From: Sphyrna mokarran
Lineage: Eukaryota
Assembly (NCBI GenBank): GCA_024679065.1
Contig: JAGIQG010000019.1
Location: 15,996,001 to 16,060,000 of the forward strand
Direction: 5' to 3'
Length of the DNA stretch: 64,000 bases
Below are positions 12,701 to 27,700 of this stretch, in pieces (within the stretch, counting starts at the first letter, position 1; each line of letters opens with the position of its first letter). The notes under the pieces were generated by a model. It searched no databases. It was not told the origin of the DNA and saw only the letters and a list, made by a program, of their open reading frames with translations. A program made the translations under genes and the position numbers.

Positions 12701-15700
12701 TTTCAGTATCCTCATCTGAAATTAATTCATTTCATTGGTAGATTAATATTCAATTTTTGTTCCACTACATAGGGCCAACAGCAATGACTCCATCAGGTGT
12801 ACCAACTGTTCCTGCGACAGCAATTACTGGTGAGTAGATTTCCTTAAACATTATAATCTGATATTCATGTTGAACAATTTTTAATTTAATACTGTGCAGC
12901 ATTTTTTCTGTTACGTTGGACCAGCACCAACTGGGAAGCTGGTCACTCCCATTGTTTCTGAAACGAGGATTAATTAGGCGGGGGGGATCTTTCATTCACA
13001 TTGTCACAATAATATTTCAGATCCTCAAATACTTAGCTTTGGTAAGCAAACAACATTTGAAACTTGTGAAATTTAACATTGTATTTGCTGAGAGTAGTTA
13101 ATTATTTTGTTATTCCTACAGGCAACATGCCTGAGGAACTGTTCTGAAGGGAAGCCTCAGAATTTGAGTGAGGAAATTATTGCTGATATTCTAGATTATT
13201 TACAGATCTTGTTTGCTCGTCCTATGTTGCAAGCAATTCTTAGTTCATAATTTGTCTGAGTTAATGATGCTTATAATTAGACATTTCCTTGGAAATGAAT
13301 TACAATTGTAGTGAATTAATACACTATCCAAATTTCTGTGTTGTTTAGGGCCAACAACTGTGGGAACTGGAGGACCAACCACTTCAGAGACCACTGTCGG
13401 TGGTGAGTTTCTGTTTTTATTGTACTCAGCACATTAAATTAATTTGTGTGTTTCGTGGACTAATGTTGTCTCTTATTATCTCTGCTCCCTAGGACCAATG
13501 GCAATGACTATGACAGGTACACTGCCTGTTTCTGAGAGCAGAATTACTGGTGAGCAGAGCTTCTTCATGTTAGAAGATGCTGTTAATCTACTGCTATTTG
13601 TGATTTTTTAATTCTTCCATATGTCTGCAGTTACAGTGGACCCACACCAGCTGCAGGCCAATCACTCAGATTGTTTCTAACACTTGGGGCTCGATTTTAC
13701 CATTTGCATTCTAAGTGCTAAATCTGGATGTAATGCAGATCCAACTTAGAAATGTGGTTTCAGACGCCCCCAATCGCAGCCAGTCTTAAAAAAAAATCTC
13801 CAGTCCCATTCATGCTGTGGGCAGGGCTTAGTGCGGCCGAAACCATTGGAGCTCTGAACTGCACATGTGCAGTTAGAAAAACTGCCTGTGTTAGATCATT
13901 CCCGAGCCACAAAAAACTCAGAAAATGTCCTGTGAGTGACAAGCAGGAGAAATAGCCCCACAGACATCACTGTCCCCCTTATCCAACCCCCTCCACTACC
14001 CACATACTTCGCTGTCCCTCTTATCCAAACCCCCAATATTCACATGCATCACTGTCCCCCTTATCCATTCCCCCACTACCCACACTCATCGCTGTTCCCC
14101 TTATCCACTCTCCCACCTCCCACATTGCTATCCTGTTTATCCACACCCCATCACCCACACACATCACAGTCCCTCCTATCCACCGCCCCACTACCCACAC
14201 AACATTGTCCCCCTTATCCACCCCCCATTACCCACACAACATCACTATCAGCCTTCTCCAAACCCCACTAGCCACACACATCACTGTCCCCCTTATCCAC
14301 CCCCCATTAACCACAGACATTGATGTCATCCTTGTTAACGCTCTCAACTACCCACACACATCACTGTCCCCATTATCCACTCCACCAAGACCCACTCACA
14401 TCACTGTCCCCTTATCCACCCCGCCATTACCCACACACATCAATGTCCCCTTGTCCACATCCCCTACTACCTACACAAATCGCTGTCCCCCTTATCCAAC
14501 TCCCCTACTACTCAGACCGATCATCACCCTTGTCCTCCTCTACACCACCAGTCACCCGCAGAGTGGCAGCGAACCCCCTTACCTCACTCCTGCACCCCTA
14601 TCTCTGGTGGGGTTTCTGGTCCCCAGCCAGAAACCCGTTGCCCCTCCCCCCCCAAACAGCTGAGATACATCTCACCCGTGTCTCCCCCTGCCCCTGACAA
14701 TGATTTGGCCTCACTCATCCCTTGCTCAGAGAATGGTCTGGCCTCACTCACTGTGCCCCCACCCAAAGAACCCCGCCTCGTCCTCCTCTACCAACCAGAC
14801 AACAAGCAGCCTTCCTTCTTCTGCCCCCAGCAGAGATACATCTAACCTGCCTCCGCCTCTTCTTTCTCCTCCTCCCCAATCAGACAACAATCTGGCCTTG
14901 CTCTCCTGCCCCGAAAACCAGGGAATGATCAGGCCCGCATCCTTGCTCTCTCTCTCTCTCTCTGAGTCAGAGAGCTGTAAGAAGCTCGGAACGTACTCTT
15001 CAGCAACTGAAGCGCCCAATTTAGACTTTTATTTAGCAGGTCCATAATGCTGCAGTTCCGGATTAGCAAACGTGGTATGTTCAGAGGGGCCCTTCTCAGT
15101 GCAGAAACAGTAAACACGTATGTTGATGTTTCACTTGCCTCACTGCTAATTGAAGTATATTCATTTTGACTCTGACAGAGCTTTTCATTGAACGGATATT
15201 GGAATAGTAAATGCTTCCTGATAAAGTAGACATCTTGAATTAGCAATTTTTATATTTAGAAGAGGGCGTTGTTATTGAATCTGATTATTGATCATAATAT
15301 AGGTTATGCACCATGTCTGTGATGTCAGCTTGAGACTATGGCAGCATTTGTGAATTTAAAAAGATAGTAATAGGGAAAAGTGTCCAAACTTTAATGAGCA
15401 CTGTATTATCCTGGTTTTGACATTCTGCCTTGCTGTTTTGGATTTGTAAATAGAAATTCAAAATTTGATAAACTTACATTTGCATTTTGTAGCACTTGTA
15501 TTTGGTGCTATTGATTTTCAATTGCTAAATGCATTTATTCACATGAATGATGATACAGAAAGCAACAGGAGATTTGAGATGTACTATAATGCATGGTTTA
15601 TCTGTGACTGGAAGACCTACTGAAAAGCACTTCATTTATAGACTTGTAGAATGACAGATTTTACCATTATCATTCTAAGTATAAAATTTGGGCGTAATTC

Positions 15701-18700
15701 AAATCTGACTTGGAAATCTGTTTTCTGGCACCTCCATTAACACCTTGCCTGAAAAAAAATCACGTGTCTAAATTGTGCTGTGAGTGGTACTGAGTGCATC
15801 CGAAGTGATGGGAGCTCTGAACTGTGCACGCACATTGAGGAAGAAAATTTGAAAATCATGCTGCTTTCACATCGCTCCCAGGCTGCCTAAAGCGGATATA
15901 GCGGCCTGGAAGCGATAGTCCTCACAGACATCACCCCCATCCCTACAGCATAACTTTCCCCCTTTTTCCACCCACTCCATCCCCCCCTAATGAGATCAAT
16001 AGCGACACCCTTTGCCCCATTCCCCCCCCCCCCGCTGCCTCACCTGCACTGATCGCCTGCAGAGTGACAGTGGAACCCCCTGCTCCCCCTCCACCAGAGA
16101 TCCATTTGGCCTCCCTCCCACTATATTTCACATATGCACAGTCGACTACTTTGACAGTTTCATTACTTAAGTCCACGTGCATTATTATAGCTGTGGAATC
16201 ACTTCTCTCTGCTGCCTGAATGGTTGGTTGTTGCCCCCCATAAGAATGATCGGGCCTCCCCCTCCTCCTCTCCAGACAGCAACGTGGCCACACCCCCCCC
16301 CCCCCCCACCACCACCACCCACCACCACCACCATAGATATATCTGACCCATCTCCCCCATAACACCCCACCCACCAAGAATTTTGGGCCTCCCCCTCACC
16401 CCCAGACAACAATCTGGCCTCCCTTCTCTATCAGAGATATAGTTGACCTGCCTTCTCCACCCCACCAGAGAATGATGAGGACTGTCTTTCCCCATTCACC
16501 AGAGATACATCTAACATGTCTCCTCCTTGCCCTCCCCTCACCAGAAAATGATTGGGCTTCACTTCTCCTGCACCCCACGGGCGAATGATCTGACCCACAC
16601 ATCCATGATCTGAGTCAGTGAGCCGTTGAAAGCACTGAACTTATCTATTCAGCAGCTGGAGTGCCCAAAGCAGACCTTTGCCAAGCAGGTCTGTTTCATG
16701 CCCAATCTGGGCATATGAATGTGATGATAAAGCGGGAAATGCTGATAAAGTTGGGAAGGCAGTTCGTTAATTCAAATTAAATGCATGCAAATTCATTTAT
16801 ATTTCTGTTGTGCTCGTTTTGGGTGCAAGTCGGATCACTGCCATTTTAGGACCTTGATAAAGTGAGCATCTGCATAGACATGGGCGCGGATCGCATTAAT
16901 GGCATCATGTCTGATTTTACTACCTTTTGTTATATTAGTAAAATCAGGCCCAGAGTTTTCCATTTTGGTTCAGACCTTGCTGGTGAAATTTATATGCAGA
17001 CAGATAGATATAATTACTCCTTCCTACAAAATAAATTCAAAGCAGTGAATTTCAGTATCATGAATTCCCGATTGGAAATGCCAGTTTTTCAGTGGGATTT
17101 TTGAATGACACACTTTATTCTTTGGAAAACAAATGATTTAGTCACCATTAAAATTTCACTTTTACTGGCAAATAACATCTAAATCATTTTGAGAAAATTT
17201 AATGCTAAATTGGCTGACTCCATGTTGAATTTTTTGTCATTGTCTGAAAAGTAGCTGGTTTTTGAAGGCAACTATGTTGAGGTCCTATTTTGAATGGCAA
17301 GTGCTGCATTTGTAGAAGGGAATGATGAACTTTGTAGTTAGTGAATGGATACTTTCCTTTTCCCTTTATCAATGTGGAACAATTTGCTACATGAGGCTTT
17401 CACTGACATAATGATGCTAAGATTTTTAAAAATCTTGGGAAACAATTGCAGCAATAATGAATAAATATTTCATATACATTCTGCTTTTCTTTAGGGCCGA
17501 CACCATTTACAGGAACTGGAAGACCTACAACTTCAGAGACTACCGTCAGTGGTGAGTTTTGTTTTTGGCATCCTTGTCATCTGAAATTAATTTATTTGAT
17601 GAATATATTAATATTATTTCAAATTTGCTCCACTATTTAGGGCCAACAGCAATGACTCCATCAGGTGTAGCAACAGTTCCTGAGACAGCAATTACTGGTG
17701 AGTGGATCTCCTTACACATTATAGCCTGATATTCATATTGAGCAATTTGTAATTTAATATTCTGCAGCCTTTGTTACCTTGGACAGCATCAACTAGGATG
17801 ATAGTAATTCCCTTTGTTTCTGAAAAACTGGGAATAATGATAGGTGTATTAATTTACATTGTCACAATAATGTTTCAGAACCTTGAACAATTAACTTTTG
17901 TAAGCAAGCAACATTGGAAACTTGTGAAATTTAATGCTGTGTTGCTGAGAGCAGGTCAGTTATATTGTTATTCCTTCAGGCAACAAAACTGAGGAAGTGT
18001 TCTGAAGGGAAACTCAGAATTTGAATGAGGGAATTATTGATGATCTGTGAGATAGTTTATGATTCATGTTTGATCCTTACTGAGGTGCAAGCAATTCCTG
18101 GTTAAGAATTTGACTAAGATAATACTTATAACTAAACATTACCTGGGAAATGAATTGCAGTAGAAGTGGATAAATAATCTGTCCAAATTTCTGTGCTGTT
18201 TAGGGCCAACAGGAACTGCAAGAATTGGAGGATCAACAACTTCAGAGACCACCATCAGTGGTGAGGTTTGGTTTTATTTACACACCACAGGAAATTAATT
18301 TTGGGTGCTTCGTGAATTAATCTTATTTCATGTTATCTCTGTTCTGTAGGGCCAATGACAATGACTGTGACAAGTAAACCTCCTGTTTCTGAGAGCAGAA
18401 TTACTGGTGAGCAGAGTTTCTTTCATGTCATAAGCTGCTGTTAGTTTTGTGCTATTTGTGATTTTTAACTCTACCATATGTCTACAGTTATGTTGGACCT
18501 GCACCAGGTGGCAGGGCAGTCACTCGGATAATTTCCAAAACTGTAATTAACAATGAATGTATTCTTGGTGCTATACAATGTTTGGGATGCCGAAGTGTCC
18601 CAGGCAAAAGACATGTTGTTGGTGCGTCATTGCAGTTCACTGTATTTTCAGTCCATTCAGATGGAAGGATTTGAATGAGAACCAGTTGAGCTGTTCCATA

Positions 18701-21700
18701 TTGCTTGAATGTGCCTTTTTTGCTTTGCCCTGATGGTAATATGGTCAACATATAGGAATTTTTGAATGCTTCATTTCTATTATTTTGTTGAGTTTCACTT
18801 CTCAGTTTAAAAACTGTGAGCACAATCATGTTGGTGTTTTACTTACAAAACTGCTAAATGTTGCATATTTATGTTGAGATTGAGAGAGCTTTTTATCTTA
18901 CAGAAATGGGAAGATTAAATGCTTCCTGATAAAATAAATGTCTGACATTATCAATTAAAACTTTTTAGAAGAGGACTGTATTATTGAAGAAGATCATTGA
19001 TTGTAAAGCCGGTTGCCCGCTGTATCCCTTTTGCCATCTTGTGAACATAAATGGCAGCATGTTTTCATTCAAATGAATAGTAATGAGCAAAACTATCTAA
19101 CCTGTAATGAGCAATGGAAAATCCTGGTGTTGATGTTCTGAAGTTGCGTTTTGGAAGCATATATTGAAATTTAAAGTCTGCCTATTTGATGCATGCATTT
19201 GAATTTTGAAGGTCCAGGTAATTGTTGCCATTCAGTTTGGAAGCTAAACCCACTTATTTGCATGGATGATGATGGATTAGTCAACTAGTGCTCTGGGGAG
19301 CACAATAATGCTTGTTCATTCTGAGTGAAGAGTCAGGCTCAAAAGTATCCAATTTGTAGAATGCAGCAATCAATGCAGTCTTTTGTTTTGATACTGGAAT
19401 ATTATCTTTCTTAATCATGAAATTTCTTTACAGAAACACAGACCAAATAATTCCTTCCACAAAAATGAAAGTAGAGTGCAGATTATTGGGAGATTTGTAT
19501 GTTATTGTTCTGAAATGTGATTTGTGAGAATTATAGAAAAACATTTACTTGATTTGAAGATGAATCATTTTTTCTTAAATGATTTAAATGCTTAAAATGA
19601 GCTATCATTAGCAAACAACATCTCAAACTTGTGGGGAAACTTAACATATTTGCTGACAGCAGGTCAATGATATTGTTATTCCTGCAGGCAACATGTCTGA
19701 GGAACTGCTTTGGTGGAAAACTTCGGAAATTTATGTGAGACAATTATTGCTGATATTCTGGATTGGTTATGGACTTGGTTTATTTCTTTCTAAATTGCAA
19801 GCAATTCCATGTTGAGAATTTTGACTTACAGGAAGGCGGCGTGGGCTCATTGGGCTGAAGGGCCTGTTTCCCATGCTGTTTTGTTCTTTGTTCTTTGTAC
19901 ATGTTGATGCTTATATCTAAACATTTTCTTGGAAATGAATTATAGTAGCAGTGAATAAATATTCTATCCAAATTTCTGTGTGCTGTTTAGGGCCAACAAC
20001 AACTGCAGGAACTGGAGGACCAACAACTTCAGAAACTACCGTCACTGGTGAGTTTTGGTTTTATCATATCTGCCACATCAAACTAATTTGTGTGCTTTGT
20101 GGACAAATGTTGTTTCATATTATCTCTGCTCCCGAGGGCCAATGGCAATGACTGAGACAGGTATACTTCCTGTTTCTGAGAGCAGAGCTACTGGTGAGCA
20201 GAGCTTCTTTCATGTTATTAGCTACTGTTAGTTTTGTGCTATTTGTGATTTTTAACTCTACCAAAGGTCTGCTGCTACCTTGGATCCGCACCAGGTAGCA
20301 GGGCAGTCACTCAGTTTCTGAAACTGTGATTAAGAATAATTGAATGTATTCTCAATGTCATACAATGATTGCAATGACAGAGTGTCCCAGGCAAGGGACA
20401 TGTTGGTGTATCATTGCAGTTCACTGCATTTTCAGTCCATTCAGATGGTAGGGTTTGAATGTGTACCAGTTGAGTTGTTTTATATTGCTTTTGGTGAGCA
20501 TCTTCTTGTTTGAATGTGCTTGTTTTTGCTTTATCCTGATGGTGAAATGACCAACAGATAGGAATGATGATTGCTTTATTTCTGTTTTTGTGTGCATTTG
20601 ATTCTCAGTGCCGAAACTATAAACATATGCATGTTAATGTTTTACTTGCCTCACTGCTAATTGATGCATATTCATGTTAAGGCTGAAAGCACTTTTCATT
20701 GAACAGATATTTGAATAATAAATGCAACATGATACAGTAGATGTCTTGCGTTATCAGTTATAACATTTGGAAGAGAATAATGTTATTGAATATGATTATT
20801 GATCATAATGTAGGATGTGTCTGTGAAGTCCGCTTGAGACCAGGAGTGGCAGCATTTTTGAATTTAATAAGATAATAATCAGGCAGACTGTCTAAACTTT
20901 AACAAGCATGGTTAGATCCCAGTTTTGATGTTCTGCATTTTTGTTTTGAAGCATATATTGCAATTTAAAATTTAACAGATTTGCATTTGCAGTTTGAAGA
21001 GCCAAGATTTTGGTGCTGTTGATTTTAGATTGCTGAACGCATGTATTTGTATGAATGATGTTTGTTAAAGCATCAGGGGATTTAAGATATACAGTAATGT
21101 ATGGCTAGTCTATGACTGAAAGGCCGAATGGAAAGCACCTGACTTGTTGTTTTGCAGAATGGCACAGTTTTTTATTTTGATTCAGCAGTATGATAGTCTT
21201 TGGTGAAATTTATATGTAGACATAATTGTTCTTTCCAACAGAATAAAGTCAAAGCAGTAATTTCAATATAATAATGAATTCCTAATCAGAAATGCTAGTT
21301 GTTCAGTGGAATTTTTGAATGACACACTTTATTCTTTGGAAAACAAATGATTTAGTCTGCTTTAAAATTTCACTTTTACTGGCAAACAACATTCAAATTA
21401 TTTTGAGGAAATTTAATGCTACATTTGCTGACTCCAAGTTGAATTTTTTTGTAATTGCATGAAAAGTAGCTGGTTTTTGAAAGCAACTTGTTAGAGGAAC
21501 TTTCTGAATGTTAATTGCTGCATTAGTGAAAAGGAATGATTAACTTTGTAGTTTGTGAATGGATATTTTCCTTTTCTCTTCGCAATGTGGAATCATTTGC
21601 CTCTTGAGGCTTTTACTGACATAATGACACTAAGATGAATAAAAGGTCTTGGGAAACAATTGCTGCGAAATGACTAATTATTCTGTACAAATTCTGCTTT

Positions 21701-24700
21701 TCTTTAGGGCCGACACCAATCACAGGAACTGGAAGACCTACAACTTCAGAGACTACTGTCACTGGTGAGTATTGTTTTTGGCATCCTCGTGTCCTGAAAT
21801 TAATTTATTTGATGGTTAGATTAATATTATTTCAAATTTGCTTCACTACTTAGGGCCAACAGCAATGACTCCATTAAGTGTAACACCTGTTCCCGGGACA
21901 GCAATTACTGGTGAATGGATCTCCTTACACATTATAACCTGACATAAATATTGAGCAATTTGTAATTTAATACTCTGCAGTATTTTTTGTTACTTTGGAG
22001 CAGCACCAACTAGGATGACAGTAAATTGTTTCTGAAATTGGGAGTAATGATGGCTGTATTCATTCACATTGTCACAATAACATTTCAGAATCTTGAATAA
22101 TTAGCTTTCACAAGCAAACAACATTTGAAACTCATGAAATTTAACATTGTGTTGCTGAGAACAGGTCAATGATATTGTTGTTCCTTTTGGCAACATGCAT
22201 GAGGAATTTGAGCGAGGGAATTATTGCTGGTCTGCGAGATAGTTTATGGGTCATGTTTGATCCTTACTGAGGTGCAAGCAATACCTGGTTAAGAATTTGA
22301 CTAAATAATGATATATATAATGAAACACTTCCTTGGAAATGAATTGCAGTTGTAGTCAATAAATATTCTGTTCAAATTTCTGTGATGTTTAGGGCCAGTA
22401 ACAACTGTAGGAACTGGAGGGCCAACCACTTCAGTGACCACTGTCAGTGGTGAGTTTTGGTTTTATCATACCTGCCATGTTAAATTAATTTGTATGTTCT
22501 GTGGACTAATGTTGTTTTATCTTATCTCTGCTCCCTAGGGCCAATGGCGATGACTATGACAGGTACACTCCCTGTTTCTAAGAGTAGAATTACTGGTGAG
22601 CAGAGCTTCTTTCATGTTATAAGCTGCTGTTAGTTTTGTGCTATTTGTGATTTTTAACTTCACCATATGTCTACAGTTATGTTGGACCTGCACCACATGG
22701 CAGGGCAGTGACTCAGATTGTTTCTGAAACTGTGATTAAGAATGATTGAACGTATTCTTATGTTTGCGATCCCAAGGTATCCCTGGCAAGGGACATGTTA
22801 TTGATGTGTCATTGCAGTTCACTGTATTTTCAGTCCATTCAAATGGAAGGGTTTGAATGTGTACCAGTTGAGTTGTTTCACATTGTTTTTGGTCAGCATC
22901 TTCCTGTTTGAATGTTCTTATTTTTGCTTTGTCTTGATAGTAAAATGATGAACAGAAAGGAAAGTGTGATTGCTTTATTTCAGTTCTTGTTCATAGTTGC
23001 TTCTCAGTGCAGAAGCTGTAAAGACATGCATGTTGGTATTTTTACTTTCCTCACTGCTAATTGGTGCATATTCATGTTTGCACTGTCAACATTTTTCATT
23101 GAATGGAAGGGGGAACAGTAAATGCTACCTGATTGAATAGATGTCTTGCATTATCAATTATAACATTTTAAGGAGGTCAGTGTTATTGAATGTGCTTAGT
23201 GCACTTGAGATCACAAATGGCAGCATTTAAGATTTTAAAAAGATAGTAAAAAGGCAGACTAGCCAAACTTCAATGAGTAGTGAAAGGTCCTGATTTTGAC
23301 ATCTTGCATTGCTGTTTTGGAAGTGCGGATTAAAGTTTAAAATTTGACATTTTTATATTTGCAATTTGAAGGACTAGGATTTTGGTGCTATTGATTTTAG
23401 GTCACTAAATCAATTTATTTGTATGAATGATTATTGGTAAGATATCAGCAGATTTGAGATATCCAATAATGCATGGTTTGTCTGCAACCAGAAGGCCTAC
23501 TGGAAAGCACCTCGTATGTTGACTTGCAGAATGATGTGGAAATGCTGGCATTGGACTGGGGTAAACACAGTAGAATTGCTAAGCAGAGACTGATAGCCAA
23601 ATTCTACACACATGAGAATGGTCTTAACAGGGATCTTGGGTTCATGTTGCACTATCTGTAACCCCCATGACTTGTCTGGGTTTGCAAAACCTCACTTACT
23701 ATACTGTCTGGAGACAATACACATCTCTTTAATCTGTGCTCAATGCTCCTTCCACTCACATTGTTGGCCACTTTAAGACTTGAATAACAGGTTACGTGTA
23801 AAGATTCGCATTCTAGTCAGTAATCTGCAAACTGTCTGTGCTGTTTATATGCTCTGTCTGAGGTCAGTACTCTCCATTCACCTGACAAAGAGGGAAACCT
23901 CGAAAGCTTGTGAGTTTACTATCAAATAAATCGTTTGGACTTAAATCTGTGTTGCCGGACTTCTTACTGGACTTGCAGAATGACAGTCTTTTATATTGAT
24001 TCGGCAGTATGATAGACCTTGCCAGTGAAATTTATATGCAGACAGATAGACAGATGTTATTCCTTCCAACAGAATAAATTCAAAGCAGTAAATTTCAATA
24101 TCATAAAGAATTCCTGATTGGAAATGCCACTTGTTCAGTAAAATTTTAGAATGACACCCTTTATTCTTTGGAAAACTAATGATTTAGTCAGCTTTAAAAT
24201 TTAAGTTTTACTGGCAAATAACATACATATCATTTTGAAAAAATTTGATGCCACATTTGCTGATCCCATTTTGAATTGTCTGTAATTGCCTGAAAAGTAG
24301 CTGGTTTTTGAAGGTAATCGGATCGAGAAACATAAGCGCTACATTTGTGGAAAGGAATGATTAATTTTGTAAGTTGTACATGGATATTTTCCTTTATCCC
24401 TCGCAATATGAAACTATTTGCCCCTTGAGATGTTGACTCATGTAATGATAAGTTGAACAAGAAATCTTGCGAAACAATTGCAGAAGTAATGAATAAATAT
24501 TCTGTACAAATTCTTTAGGTCCGGTACTATTCACAGGAACTGGAAGACCGACAACTTCAGAGACTACCATCAGTGGTGAGTATTGTTTTCAGCATCCTCG
24601 TCACCTGAAATGAATTCATTTCATTGATTAATATTATTACATTTTTGTTCACGACATAGGGCCAACAGCAATGACTCCATCAGGTGTACCTGTTCCTGAG

Positions 24701-27700
24701 ACAGCAATTACTGGTGAGTAGATCTCCTTACACATTATAACCTCATGTTCATGTTGAACAATTTGTAATTTAATACTGAGCAGCATTTTTTCTGTTACAT
24801 TGGACCAGCACCAACAAGGAAGCTGGTAACACCCATTGTTTCTAAAATGAGGAATAATGCAGGGGGCATTCATTCACATTGTTACAATAATATTTCAGAT
24901 CCTTCACAAGCAAATAACATGTGAAGCTTGTGAAATTTAATGTTGTGTTTGCTGAGAGCTGTTCAAATTTTTTGTTATTTTTACAATGAGGAATTGTTCT
25001 GAAGGGAAGCTTCAGAATTTGAATGAGGGAATTATTGTTGATATTCTATATTATTTACAGATTTTGTTTGTTCCTCTTGAGTTGCAAGCAATTTCTAGTT
25101 CAGAATTTGTCTGAATTAATGATTCTTATAATTTAACATTTCCTTGGAAATGAATTACAATAGTAGTGAATAAATACATTGTCCAAATGTCTGTGCTGTT
25201 TAGGACCAACAACTGTGGGAACTGGAGGACCAACCACTTCAGAGACCACCGTCAGTGGTGAGTTTCTGTTTTTATCATACTCAGCACATCAAATTAATTT
25301 GTGTGCATCGTGGGCTAATGTTGTTTCGTATTATCTCTGCTCCCTAGGGCCAATGACAATGACTGTGACTGGTACACTGCCTGTTTCTGAGAGCAGAATT
25401 ACTGGTGAGCAGAGCTTCATGTTAGAAGATGCTGTTAATCTATTGCTATTTGTGATTTTTAATTCTTCCATATGTCTGCAGTTATAGTGGACCCACACCA
25501 GCTGCAGGATAGTCGCTCAGATTGTTTCTGACACTTGAGGCTCGATTTTACCATTTGCATTCTAAGTGCTGAATCTGGACGTAATGCAGATCTGACTTAG
25601 AAATGTAGTTTCAGATGCCCCTATACGCAGCCAGTCTTAAAAAAAAATCTCCAGTCCCATTCATGCTGTGGGCAGGACTTAGCGCAGCTGAAACCATCGG
25701 AGCTCTGAACTACAGTTAGAAAAAAATTTGAGAAAGCACATTGTGTCAGATTGCTCCTGAGCCGCAGAAAGCATCCTGCGAGTGACAAGTGGGAGCGATG
25801 GCCTCGCAGACATCACTGTCCCCTCTATTCCAACCCCGCCCCCCCCCCCCCATACCCACACACACCGCTGTTCCCCTTATGCACCCCCCACTACGCACAG
25901 ACATTGCTGTCCCCTTATCCACGCCCCCCCCCCCCCACCCACACACATTGCTATCCTCCTTATCCACCCCCAAACTATCGGACAGGTCACCACTTCTGCC
26001 TCTTCTGCCCCACAAATTGCCCGCAGAGTGGCAGTACATCCCCCAGCCCCACTCCTGTGCCGTCACCAGAGATTTATCTGCCCTCCCACGCCAGGAAATC
26101 CATTTGCCCCACCCCCAAGCTGAGATACATTTCGCCTGTGTCTACCCCACCCTCCCTCATAGAATGGTCTGGCCTTACTCACCCCCCCCCCCCCCCCCCA
26201 CCCCCCCCCCCCCCCCCCCAGGGAGCCCCACCTCCTCTTCCCTCCCCACCAGACAACAATCAGCCTTCCTTCTGCTGCCTCCCAGCAGAGATACATTTGA
26301 CCCACCTCTGCCTCCCCTTCCTCCTTCTCCCCAACCAGACAATGATCTGGTCTCACTCCCCTCGCCCTCAACCAGGGAACGATTAGGCCTGCCTTCCTTC
26401 TCTTCCTTTCTTTCTCCTCTCCTCTCCTCTCCTCCCTTCCCACCTCCAAACCCCGTATCGTTGCTCTGAGTCAGAAAGCTGTTGGAAGTTTGAAATGTGC
26501 TCTTCAGTAGCTGGAGCGCCCAATTCAGACTTTTATTTATCAGGTCCACTATGCCGCGGTTCCGGATTGGCAAACACAGTGCTAAAGGGAGAAATGCCGA
26601 TAAAAGTTGGGCAAGCAGTTCATTAATTCTATTTAAATGCAAGCAAATATGTTCAAATCGCTATTGCGCCTGTTTTGGGTGCAAATCAGATCACTGCCAT
26701 TTTCAGGCCTTGATGAAGTGGGCATCTGCATAAACGCGGACGTAGATTGCATTAATGGCTTCATGTCTGATTTTCCCACGTTTTGATAAATCGTTAAAAT
26801 TGGCCCCGGAGTCTTTTATTTTGGTTCCGACCTTGTCGATGAAATTTATATGCAGACAGGTGGACATAATTATTCCTTCCAACAAAATAAATTCAAAGCA
26901 GTAAATTTCAATATCATAATGAATTCCTGATCAGAAATGCCACATGTTCAGTGGAATTTTTGAAAGACCCACCTTATTCTTTGGAAAACAATTTAGTCAC
27001 CATTAAAATTTCACTCTTATTGGCAAATAACATCCAAATCATTATTAAAAAATTTAGTGCCACATTTGCTGACTCCATGTTGAATTTTTTTGTAATTGCT
27101 GAAAAGTAGCTGGGTTTTGAAAGCAACTTGGTGGAGGACCAGTTCTGAATGGTAAGTGTTGCATTTGTGGGGAAGGGAATGATTAATTTTATAGTTTGCA
27201 TTTGGATATTTTCCTTTTTCCTTTGCGATGTGAAATCATTTGCCCTTCAAGAGTTTGACTGACATAATGATGCTCAGATGGTCCAAAAAATCTTGGGAAA
27301 CAATTGCAACAGGAATGAATAAATATTCTGTACAAATTCTGCTTTTCTTTAGGATCAACACCATTCATAGGAACTAGAAAAACCACAACTTCAGAGACTA
27401 CTGTCAGTGGTAAGTATTACTTTTGGCATCCTTGTCACCTGGAATTAATTTATTTGAGGGTAAATTCATGTTGTTTCAAATTTGCTCGATTCCATAGGGC
27501 CAACAGCAATGTCTCCATCAGGTGTACCAACTGTTTCTGTGACAGTAATTACTGGTGAGTAGATCTCCTTACACATTATAACCTGATATTGATTTCGATC
27601 AATTTATTGTTTAATATTCTGCAGCACTTTTTCTGATCCCTTGGACCAGCATCAACTAGGATGACAGTAACTTCCATTGTTTTTGACACTGGAAGTAATG

